DNA of 43,915 bases from Streblomastix strix (taxonomy: Eukaryota), in NCBI GenBank assembly GCA_008636045.1, contig SNRW01000015.1, positions 1 through 43,915 of the forward strand, read 5' to 3'. The position numbers and the translations under genes are program-made. The notes beneath the pieces are model-generated. The model saw only the letters and a list, made by a program, of their open reading frames with translations, was not told the origin of the DNA and did no database searches. Shown in pieces: positions 12,801 through 23,222 of this stretch. Every line of letters begins with the position of its first letter. Position 1 is the stretch's first letter.

Positions 12801-14732
12801 TATATATTTGAATCTCTAGTCTAATAAGCTTACACACCACAAATAGGACAATATTTTAAACAAGTTCGAGCCTCAACATCATTTATATAAAAAAACGTGT
12901 GCTGGTCATTGTTCGTTGATTGTGTCTGCTATTAAAAGTATATTAAATTCTTAAGATGATTCGTTTTATTCGTTTTTCCTATATTATTTTTATAGATAAT
13001 AACTTCTTTAATTGGTTGCCGTTGATGTTGCCGTTGTATCTTCTTAAACGAACCCATTAATAGTTAAATTTTGGTTTTAATCAATTTAATCTGCTTCTAT
13101 TGAAAAATTAAATCCATATTAATTTTCATCATTTTCCCCCCATATTTTCTTTAAAATAATTGCTTTGCTTCTGCAATACATGATTGTAACTTTTAACGCT
13201 TTGCAGGAATAGCGGAACCGTCAGCAGCAACATCAGCCTTAATATCTGGCATCGTAATAAATGAATATGCTAGAAAGAAACATAAATTTTAATTATTTTT
13301 CTCAGGGTCAATATATCGAATCTCACGCATCATAATGTGCTTCTCTAATGATGGTATTGTTCGACCACCGCCAGCGCCCGCATGTGGAAGTCTAAACACC
13401 TAAACTATGATTGAAAATATACCTACTATTTTTTCTTTGGTGTCCATAATGGTTCGCTCTTGCATTTAAATTATGTGGTTTCTAATGAATCTCTTATAAT
13501 CTGCAAGGTCCGTTTGGCTGCGTATGGTTGTCGATGCTCTCATTTCTGTTCTAGCTTCAAGGGGATGATTAATTTTACACGATATTTATTAATCGTTTTC
13601 CTAGCCATTGACTCGTTCAATATTCACTCCAAAATCAAATGCAATTTTGAATACAAATTTTTATTCATACTAAAATATTTCATCTAATTAAGCTTTAACG
13701 TCTTCAATCGTTTTCAAATCTTTTTTATAATTTTCTTTTGTAGGGCTGATGATATGAACATAGAATGAGTCATGTTTGACATGTTAATTTTATAAATGTT
13801 TTCGTTCATGATTAATTCTTCTTTCATAATCTTCCTCGAGTTGTGGAGCGCATAACATAATCGTATTCTTCAAGGTATTTATTGGCTAATAATTCTAATT
13901 ATTATATTCTTCAATAAATTCTCATATTTCATCTTTAACATTTTTGAATACATCCTCATTTTATTTTTAATTTAAGCTTTATTTTTTATTTTTTTATTTC
14001 TTTTAATTGATTTGCATGTCTGACTCGTTAATCTTTCATCACTTGCTGCCATTATTAATTATACAGTCGGCACTATTCGTATTAAGCGTTCATTTGCTAT
14101 TTGTTATTCTATTCTTGCATAAATTATTTAGCATAAGCATCACAAATAATTTATTCGTTTTGAAAGCCTTATTGAATGTCTTATCTGATGCGTCTTGCAA
14201 ATGGTTCTGATTATATTATTGCATTTCTAACTATATCTCAATTGTTTCTACCGTGATTTAAACCGATTTTATCTAAAATTTATGAAAATTAAGACCTTAA
14301 TTCGTTAATGTTTATTTTCTATTACATTAGGGGGTCATATAAAAACATTAATTCTCTTAAAACATTTTGAGTTAGTTTTTTAGGTCTTAAATCCACTTGA
14401 TAATCAACCTGCACATCGTGGGCTTCGTCCTGTTGTTCGGCTTCAGGTGATAATTCAAGAAATGGTTAATAATTATGTGCTTACATTTACGAAATATAAT
14501 TCTGCATTTATATCAATTATTATTGTCGTTGCTCCATTTATATTTCAGGCGATAGTTAATAATTACGTGCTTACATTTACGTAATATAGTCCTACATTTA
14601 AGTCATTTATTATTGTGTTTATCTGAGCGATTAATTAAGCGGCTATAGCTCTGGTAATTCTTGAGGCACAATCGGATTCTCATTTGGAGGCGTGCGTCGT
14701 CTTTATGAGTTTTACCCCTATTTATCTGTCAT
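9814..14732 (-). pseudogene. polB: Protein-primed family B DNA polymerase polyprotein (left copy)
   Basis: Mirror of 29184-34102. Confidence 0.9.
14442..14615. repeat. 90-bp (30-codon) tandem duplication in the Gln-rich pPolB N-terminus; mirror 29301-29474
   Basis: caataataaatgacttaaatgtaggactatattacgtaaatgtaagcacgtaattattaac (29301) versus caataataattgatataaatgcagaattatatttcgtaaatgtaagcacataattattaac (29391). Confidence 0.85.
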
Positions 14733-14771
14733 TTATTAAAAATAAAAATAAATAATAATTACATTAGTAAA

Positions 14772-14945
14772 TTGGATTGGGTGGATTGAGTCGTAAAACA
14801 TTAATGGATTTTATGAAATTGGCACGACGAAATGGAACAAGTAATAAATGACTTTTGGCTTGGATTGAGTGGATTGGGTGGATTGAGTCAAAAACTTCTA
14901 TAAAAAAGAGCTGCCTGCCTGCCATTCTGCCAGAAGTGTGAAAAA
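14772..14945 (+). repeat. Intergenic phased-repeat module, copy B, plus an upstream partial duplicate; mirror 28971-29144
   Basis: AATGACTTTTG-gcttggatt-gagtggatt-gggtggatt-GAGTCAAAAACTTCTATAAAAAA-ctgcctgcctgccattctgccagaagtgtgaaaa. TGGATTGGGTGGATTGAGTC occurs at both 14773 and 14870. Confidence 0.8.
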
Positions 14946-14969
14946 ATAAATAAAAATAAATCTCTTAAA

Positions 14970-16050
14970 TCATTAGAACTTATATTTAGCTAAATTGAAA
15001 CCACCTATTTATTGTTATCTCTATACTAGTATTTGACCATAAAATTACATAGTTAATCCAAGAGCTTCCTTAATCCTAGCATTGAAATCTTCGGCTTGAT
15101 ATAGTTGAGTAATTGTGGTGGGCAGCTCCTTCTTATACACTGTTTTGGCAAGTGTTAAATATTCGTAATCACCTTTTTTAACGTTTGATTTATTGCTTCT
15201 GTTAAATATGTCTATTTTTCAATCCTATGACTCTAACAGTACAACTGCAGGATTAGTAAGTGCTGAATTCCAATCGGCTGCCATTATTTGTTGTTTGGTT
15301 GCTATTGGCAATTTTGCACCTCCATTTTCATTTATAAACTTTTTTGCCATGATTGTGAATGTTCTGAAACTATTAGCTTTTATTTCTCTCTCTTTATGCG
15401 GCTTAGACGTTGATAGTTATTTCATGTAAGGGCCGCCTTTTATACCTTATTGTTTGAATTTTGCAACCAATACTGCTCGTTTTAAATCTTTTACATCTGA
15501 ATAATATTTTTTCTTCCAATTTCATTTATGTTAATGCTCTGATTTGCCAAATCCAACGGCTATTGTATAACCATCGACTGCATTAAATTATATTCTTTTT
15601 CTTATCATAAACAACCACATTATAAGGAGTGGCTTCATTATCATCTAAGTCCTATTCTTATATACTAAATCATTTGCCCAAATGTTTGCGATCAATACAT
15701 TTTTAGGCCATAACGGCAAACGATAACCTATTAATTTTCTTAATATCCATATTTAAATATCCGGCAAGTGTAGCAAGGTTATCCCCCGCCTCTTTTCTAA
15801 ACTACGGGTCTCCAAGCTTTCTTGTTTTTTGAATAGTACTGGGATGGAACGGTAGCTTACCAAACGGTTTTGCTCTTGCTTTTATTCTGTCCTTTCTTGC
15901 AGCCTATGATTCATAATAATCATAATCATCCTATAATTTATTAATAAGTATCTATGGAGAACCTTATTATCCACTATCGCTTTATTCTTGTTCGATTAGA
16001 TATTCAATTATTTGATCAGTTATTCTATATTTTAACGATTAAAAATACAT
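14970..16050 (-). pseudogene. Polinton-associated hypothetical protein, ~350 aa (left copy)
   Basis: Mirror of 27866-28946. Confidence 0.6.
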
Positions 16051-16064
16051 TTATTTATATAAAA

Positions 16065-16860
16065 ATGGCGAATTTAACATAAAAAGTAGATAACAAGTTA
16101 ATAGAAATAAAAGTGAATATGCATGATATTTAAACAATTAACCATATAGAGTTAAATTTGACATATAACTTCGTAAATTTATTGATAGATTGACGTGGAA
16201 GTGGCAAGACATACAAAGTTTTCAAAGAATTAATAAAATTAAGCCAATTAAAAAAACATTATTATAAGCAATCCATATATGTCTGCGATTCAAATAATGA
16301 TACAATTTATAAAAAGAAGAAAGATTTGATTATAATTTATATAAAATTATTCCACATGCCGAAGCAGAATATGTGCTGAATGATTTGATTGAATGAAAAT
16401 AAGCATTTGATGAAATTTATGAAAAATTATTATAAAAAGAGCTAACGGAGCAATCAAAAGATGTTAAATTAACCATGGTGTTTGGAGCTAGTTGAGAAAG
16501 AAATTTTAACGTCAAATTTCCCCATACGATTGTTTTATTTTACGATGCAATGAATATATTTAAATATATAAATAATCAACTATTTAAAAAAGCTATTTAA
16601 GAACCGATAGCCCAGAATAACATATTTCCTTTGTTTATAGGACATCATTGATTTAGATGCTGCTAATTAATCAAATCTTGATCCATTATGATTCTTTGGC
16701 TCATTTAACAGATTAAAATTTAATTAGTTTTTCAATTAATCTTTTATACCATCAGATAAAGAAACAATATAGTATGAATATGTATAACTAACAAAATAAT
16801 AAGCATTTATAACATAAAATGAATTTAGTGGAACAATTGTAAAAATAATCATTAAATGGT
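16065..16860 (+). pseudogene. A32/FtsK-like genome packaging ATPase (left copy)
   Basis: Walker A remnant LID*RGSGKT (~16180-16212), Walker B remnant HTIVLFYDA, and a downstream LFKNRQPRITYFLCLQD motif. Contains in-frame TGAs and one frameshift. Confidence 0.85.
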
Positions 16861-16889
16861 TGAACATTTTTTTTATATTTTTATTAATG

Positions 16890-16990
16890 TTTTCTCACAT
16901 CTGGCAAATTGGCAGTTTGGCAGCAGTTTTTGATGAAAATTTCTGACTCAGAACACTCGGAACACTCGAAACACTCAAAAGTTATTCATT
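16890..16990 (-). repeat. Intergenic phased-repeat module, copy C; mirror 26926-27026
   Basis: gagtgtttc-gagtgttcc-gagtgttct-GAGTCAGAAATTTTCATCAAAAACTG-ctgccaaa-ctgccaat-ttgccaga-tgtgagaaaa. Confidence 0.85.
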
Positions 16991-17342
16991 TCTGCGCTTA
17001 AACCAAATAGTTCAGCACATCCAAAAACTGGTCTAATTTATACTCAATCCTATTCAATTAATCTTTGACATAAGTTCTTAAACATATCTGAACTTCAATT
17101 CTGGATAATTGTTAACTTTCCAATTTATATAATATATTTAATTTTAATATTGTTTGTATAGATAGTTATTACAAATTTTAGAAAATAAATTATTTGAAAT
17201 CATTTAAGTTCTCAAATTGCATAAAATATTTGTTTCTTTAGACCGCCTCATCAAATGGTATTTCTTCTTATTCATTTGTTTCTATTTATAATTTTGATGA
17301 AAATTTAATGATTTTTCTACTGTCGAACAAGATTCTTTCCAT
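16986..17342 (-). CDS. 118-aa hypothetical protein, TAR=Gln (left copy)
   Basis: Mirror of 26574-26930. Confidence 0.5.
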
Positions 17343-17376
17343 TATGTTTCTACAAAAATAAAATAAAAAATGTCTT

Positions 17377-18152
17377 TCATTAATATTAAAGTTATTTATT
17401 CAAATATACTTTTATTTAATTTATGGATTCATCAGTAAAATATTCATTTAATATATATATGGTTCTTTTAAATTAAATATCATCCATTTTTTTATTTAAA
17501 TATTCTTTACTAGCCTCATTTTTGGATATTGCAATACATTCTTAATCATAATACAACAATGCATCTTTTAATTCATGCATTAATTTATTGCTAATACATT
17601 TCTTATTTTTTCTACGAACTTTTAAAATTGTACTATATTTATCTTCAACTTGTATATATTGAACGGTTAACACTTAAGCGGTTTTTTACCTTGTGTTTCC
17701 GCTCCTGATTTCAGTTATTTTTTTCATCATCTTTTTAATTTATTAATATTTTTTATTCTTCTATAACTTATTAAATTTATTCCATTGCAAAATTAACCAT
17801 TGATGTTTAAACGTCTTGAGCTTAGAATTCGACTTAATATAGATGATTTATCGATATTTTCATCATCATTATATTTATTAGGTAGATAATACTCTAAAGC
17901 CGTTGCACCCAAATGGACGGGACTCAAATCTTTGATATGTTGCTTATAATCTCTATATATTTGAGTTGTTAAGGTTTTTCTGACATATATATTCGTATGT
18001 TCTCGTTCATTTATCTAAGCTACTAATTTAGTTTCATTTATTATAAATATATATATTTATCTCTTTATCGTAATTTCAAACATCATTTAAAAGCAAAGAG
18101 TGAAAGTTTCATTGTTTGATGTGATTTACTTAGTTTTTGTTTCTGCATCCAT
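17377..18152 (-). pseudogene. KilA-N-like DNA-binding protein (left copy)
   Basis: Mirror of 25764-26539. Confidence 0.6.
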
Positions 18153-18241
18153 TTTATGTACTGTTAGAAAGTTAGATTTAAGTAAAAATAAATCGAATAA
18201 TTTTAAAATCATATTTATTTGAACATTACCTATTTTTATTT

Positions 18242-18467
18242 GTCAGGCTAATTTCGCCCATCAACTTCATCACATCAACAATCAAGGTGCGATTTTTTGC
18301 TCCTTGCATGGCCTGATTATTCAAACATAAATCTATGCATCAGTTCGTCGGGGTATTTCAGCAAAGCAAGATTTAAGTGCCAAAATTTTGTCAGTAGAAA
18401 GGCCCGATGACTAGAACAAAAATATACGCATTCATAGACAAGCCCACTTATGAGTCAGCAACTTTTT
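18242..18467 (+). ncRNA. Candidate structured non-coding RNA; mirror 25449-25674 on the minus strand
   Basis: GC-enriched intergenic block with several stems, most containing G-U pairs on this strand, ending in TTTTT. No RNA family was recognised. Confidence 0.3.
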
Positions 18468-18862
18468 CAGTATTCCAGCTTCAATTCAGGAATAAATTAT
18501 AACTAATTTTAATTTACCTCCAATAATTATTAATTTTAACGGAACCATACATATAAATATTTGTTGGGGTTGTATTGTATGGCGGGAATATACACACATT
18601 ATTCATTACAATAACTTACAAACTAATCGATATATTATTCTACTTGAACCATCTAACTATGAACGTTTATGTCTGCATCAAATCCTTAATTTGAACATTG
18701 ACATTAGCAAAATATTATGTTTCTTTAATTATCTGAATTTGCAAATGCGTATGGTAGTGTAAAACCAACTCCATTCTAACCGTTTTCTTCGACTACAACT
18801 ACATCATTTTATGTTAAAGTGAAATATTTTTAGTGATATGCTGATTTTACATTTGAAACCAT
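18467..18862 (-). CDS. Probable minor capsid (penton-like single jelly-roll) protein (left copy)
   Basis: Mirror of 25054-25449. Confidence 0.62.
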
Positions 18863-19002
18863 ATATTATTAAATAAATATTAATAATTAATAGAAATATA
18901 ATTAATAACCTATTTAATTAACCATATTATTAATTTTTAGGTATTAGTTATATATTTAAATAAAAAAATAAAAATGTTATCAATTAACGGATTATATTCT
19001 CT

Positions 19003-20693
19003 TCAATTCACTGTTTCAATAATTTCATCAAATGAATGGTTCGTATCACATATGCAGCTTCTACTTCCAGCGGATGAAAACAACCAAAAGGTATCATGAT
19101 CTATTCAGAGAATTGAAGATAAGTATCTTTTTCCACTAGTATCTTCGTTATGTTATGAATCTGTTGCTCCTTTATATATAGGTGCTCCTCTAAGTTCGAC
19201 AGAAGTCTTTTAGTTCTGGTTGTCTAATCCGTCAAAAGTTAGTGCTTCGTTACTGTTGCTTTCATACTAAAGAGTTAATAATTTTTTTTTAAATCTGTAT
19301 GAGAGTTCATTCGACAAGTTGCTTAATTTCATGGAGTTGTCAAAGCATATTTAAATTCTTCGGTGGCTTCGAATAGCTTGTTAAGATTTGAAACATTGAA
19401 TAATAATTAAAAGAATTATTGGTCAAGCGTGTTGATAGGCATTTCTGGGAAATTACATCTGCAGGTGTTTAATTGTATGCACTGATAGGAAGGATTTTCT
19501 AAGCAAGTCTTAGCTCTAGCATCTTTCGGAAATAGACGACAAAAATCGGTTACGTGAAACAGAGGAATATTTTAAGATGTTTATATTGCCGTTAATGTAG
19601 CACTCGATGGAAATGGCCATACTTCCAGAACTAATGCTGGGACAACATATTAGGTTTGCTGAAAAATTTTCGGATTTGATTAAAGCATGCATCAGTAGCT
19701 TAATATCCTGCCATGTTCATTGTCATCTTTGTTATGACATAATTTTTATGCTCAAAGTTAAAGGTTTAACGTCGCATACTTAGTTCTTCAGTCCTGATTC
19801 ATTTAATGGTTCTGAATATAGTCCTCTTATGAAATCTGCAGTGCTTCCAAATTATGTAAGTTTTTTAGTTATTTTGAATGTAAAACTCAAATTTCTGATC
19901 ATAAAATCAAAATCTATTAGCTTCTACTGACTACTACCCAGTAACTAATCTTTATTCATTGTATAATTTTTATCCATTGAAATAATTGTACTCACTTGAT
20001 AGAAAACGAAAGTGCGATGAATTGATTCGAATTTTATTTTTAATTCACCAAATAAGCCATTATGATAGTCAATAAATGCAGAGAATATCAAGAGATCATC
20101 ATGTGGAATGCCGACTCTGAAACGTATTGGAATTTAATATGGAATTGATGTCTGATTTAACATTAGTAATTCAATCTCTCGCATACTTGTATATGTTCCA
20201 CACGCTGACGTATCAAATTCATGAAAATTCTCATATAAGGAAGGAATATGTTTTCTATTTTTTTCTCACTTTTTGGCTTGATTGTGTTATAAATGAATGA
20301 TTCAGTTATTGCGTTAATCTATAGACTTCCATCTATGGTTTTACCTCTATTGTAGATGGTATATTCTCTAATAAGATTCGAACCTGAATTGAGCCCTACA
20401 AATAGAACCAATCCATTTTTATATGATTTTTCAATTTTATCAAATTTGTCATCAAGCTAGATTTTTGCAGTTAGCACTATCGACAAGAACGAATTTTATA
20501 TTTATGTGATGTCATAGTTTGTGTCGGTTAAACAATTAATTATAACTTTATTAAATAATGCTGGTATTTTAGATTCTGGTTTGATATCCATGATTTAAAA
20601 ATGACATTCTCCGTCATTAGTAAATGGAACAACGGCATTACCTAACAAAGTTTTTTCAATGATTCCCGCTTGTTGCAAATGTGTGGCTTTCAT
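19003..20693 (-). pseudogene. Probable double jelly-roll major capsid protein (left copy)
   Basis: Mirror of 23223-24913. Confidence 0.7.
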
Positions 20694-20968
20694 TATGAAT
20701 CAATTCATCTTTTACATTCAGTAAAAAAAACAAAAAACTATTAATAAACCTTCGTTAATAAATCATCGATAAATAGACATAAAAGTTCACGATTTTAGCA
20801 CGAGAAAATGGTATAAATATTGATTGATTTATGATTGTGTTGAAAGAATCGAATGCATCGAGTCAAATGACTTCTATGAAAAATGCCAGTCGATCCGCCA
20901 GATAGTCGAAACTTGAAAAAATAAATATTTCTAACCGAAAATGAATTGAAAATAATGCATTTATTTTT

Positions 20969-21283
20969 TCATTGGTTCTACAATTAAATTCTTCGAATCT
21001 GTATATCAATAGTTAGTTTTTATTTTAAATATTCGTCATTTCTTATTGTTTCAAAATCTTTTCTAACTGACCCATTTTTATCTGCACCCTAACCATAATC
21101 AAGAAATGAGCTAGCAGCATCAATATTTGGTTTTATTGTTTAACCGACACAACCCAGTGCTTTAAGCATCGGTTTTACAAACGGTTTTATGAACGGTTTA
21201 TAAACGTAATCACTAACTGACTGAAGACCCATCCCTACTTTTTGAACTAATTATTTTATTTTTTAGAATACGCCGACTGCCAT
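20969..21283 (-). CDS. 104-aa protein with an amphipathic N-terminus (left copy)
   Basis: Mirror of 22633-22947. Confidence 0.6.
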
Positions 21284-21354
21284 AATTTATTTATAATAAA
21301 AATAAAATATCATATGTATTATTTTGGATTTGAATAAATGAACATTTTATATTT

Positions 21355-21455
21355 TTTCCTCAATTATTGGCCATCTATCCAGTTGGCCACAACTTTTTAT
21401 GAAAGTTTCTGACTCGGAATACTCGGAACATTCGGAACTCTCAAAAATTATTTAC
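21355..21455 (-). repeat. Intergenic phased-repeat module, copy D; mirror 22461-22561
   Basis: gagagttcc-gaatgttcc-gagtattcc-GAGTCAGAAACTTTCATAAAAAG, followed by a diverged GGCCA-type tail. Confidence 0.75.
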
Positions 21456-21813
21456 TATTCGTTTCAATTCTTCGAGCCAAAATAATGCTCTTCATTCACA
21501 TTTTTCACAAATATTAAATTCCACTAGCGCGATATTTGTAAACATCTTCAGAAACTTGTGGGATGAACTGTTATGATTCTGATATTTAAAAGTATAGTAT
21601 TTAATATTATTCATTTACAAAAAAAAATAATTCAATAAAAAATTAATCTATTTTCCACACTTTATTATATATATTGCAACAAAGCAGCCCAAATTTTTAC
21701 CATCAGCTTGTAGTATTGAATCAGGAATACGACCTACTTCTTATGTTCTCCTTTGCAAACCGGTTGATTCGAAATATTAATAGAATATGCATACTCTGCA
21801 AGTGCTATATTCA

Positions 21814-22284
21814 ATGATATTGAACGTATTATATGCTGATGAAGGGAAAAAAACATTAATTATAAACCAAATATAGATATTCGTTTTCGTTTATTGTGGT
21901 TGAAGTGAAAAACCTAATTATTTTTAATGTTTTATTATTACTTCGTCGATGTGAGATTCGGCTTCGTTTGGTGCTGACTCGTTGGTATTTGTGCTGTTCG
22001 TATAGTTATCAAGTATATAAGTTCCTTAAAATTCACAATCCAACGTATTTAATTATCCACTAACGGCTAATTATTCAGTAGACGATTTATCATAAGTATC
22101 TTTGAATATAGCACTTGCAGAGTATGCATATTCTATTAATATTTCGAATCAACCGGTTTGCAAAGGAGAACATAAGAAGTAGGTCGTATTCCTGATTCAA
22201 TACTACAAGCTGATGGTAAAAATTTGGGCTGCTTTGTTGCAATATATATAATAAAGTGTGGAAAATAGATTAATTTTTTATTGA
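21814..22284 (+). pseudogene. Decayed reading frame running through the spacer into the right arm
   Basis: With TAR=Gln the frame reads ...DSASFGADSLVFVLFVQLSSIQVPQNSQSNVFNYPLTANYSVDDLSQVSLNIALAEYAYSINISNQPVCKG... across 22101/22102. TGAs at 21901 and 21952. Confidence 0.4.
21815..22101. other. 287-bp unique central spacer (loop) of the palindrome
   Basis: The only non-mirrored segment. It is bounded by an imperfect extension of the repeat (TTCAAtGATA versus TATCtTTGAA). Confidence 0.93.
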
Positions 22285-22632
22285 ATTATTTTTTTTTGTA
22301 AATGAATAATATTAAATACTATACTTTTAAATATCAGAATCATAACAGTTCATCCCACAAGTTTCTGAAGATGTTTACAAATATCGCGCTAGTGGAATTT
22401 AATATTTGTGAAAAATGTGAATGAAGAGCATTATTTTGGCTCGAAGAATTGAAACGAATAGTAAATAATTTTTGAGAGTTCCGAATGTTCCGAGTATTCC
22501 GAGTCAGAAACTTTCATAAAAAGTTGTGGCCAACTGGATAGATGGCCAATAATTGAGGAAAAAATATAAAATGTTCATTTATTCAAATCCAAAATAATAC
22601 ATATGATATTTTATTTTTATTATAAATAAATT

Positions 22633-22947
22633 ATGGCAGTCGGCGTATTCTAAAAAATAAAATAATTAGTTCAAAAAGTAGGGATGGGTCTTCAGTCAGT
22701 TAGTGATTACGTTTATAAACCGTTCATAAAACCGTTTGTAAAACCGATGCTTAAAGCACTGGGTTGTGTCGGTTAAACAATAAAACCAAATATTGATGCT
22801 GCTAGCTCATTTCTTGATTATGGTTAGGGTGCAGATAAAAATGGGTCAGTTAGAAAAGATTTTGAAACAATAAGAAATGACGAATATTTAAAATAAAAAC
22901 TAACTATTGATATACAGATTCGAAGAATTTAATTGTAGAACCAATGA
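22633..22947 (+). CDS. 104-aa protein with an amphipathic N-terminus, upstream of the MCP
   Basis: Intact ATG..TGA with TAR=Gln: MAVGVFQKIKQLVQKVGMGLQSVSDYVYKPFIKPFVKPMLKALGCVGQTI... Confidence 0.6.
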
Positions 22948-23222
22948 AAAAATAAATGCATTATTTTCAATTCATTTTCGGTTAGAAATATTTATTTTTT
23001 CAAGTTTCGACTATCTGGCGGATCGACTGGCATTTTTCATAGAAGTCATTTGACTCGATGCATTCGATTCTTTCAACACAATCATAAATCAATCAATATT
23101 TATACCATTTTCTCGTGCTAAAATCGTGAACTTTTATGTCTATTTATCGATGATTTATTAACGAAGGTTTATTAATAGTTTTTTGTTTTTTTTACTGAAT
23201 GTAAAAGATGAATTGATTCATA

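Larger units (their letters stand above)
1..21814. repeat. Left arm of a 21.8-kb inverted repeat (giant palindrome)
   Basis: Every ORF in the track has an identical mirror at 43916-i. The window start tcttggattt... is the reverse complement of the end ...aaatccaaga. Pairing holds to 21814/22102, with the first mismatch at 21815/22101. Confidence 0.98.
8533..21814 (-). mobile_element. Endogenous Polinton/Maverick-like virus, partial and decayed (left-arm copy)
   Basis: Clustered integrase, pPolB, packaging ATPase, KilA-N and capsid-like genes. No TIRs or adenain protease were recognised. Confidence 0.9.

Noticed and set aside
14772..14890. Telomere-like repeats (TGGATTGGG / TGGATTGAG)
   Set aside because: Only 2-3 units are present, and they occupy the 9-mer slot of the four-copy intergenic module.
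2990..15429. Plus-strand hydrophobic ORFs in the supplied track (2990, 4314, 4582, 6217, 7484, 11548, 12188, 13460, 14007, 15193) and their mirrors
   Set aside because: They are antisense shadows of the real TAR=Gln genes on the opposite strand and carry no motifs.
18410..18467. RNase P/MRP RNA 3' end (ACAAGCCCACTTAT resembles the P4 3' strand)
   Set aside because: No matching GGAAAGUC-type 5' P4 strand was found upstream.
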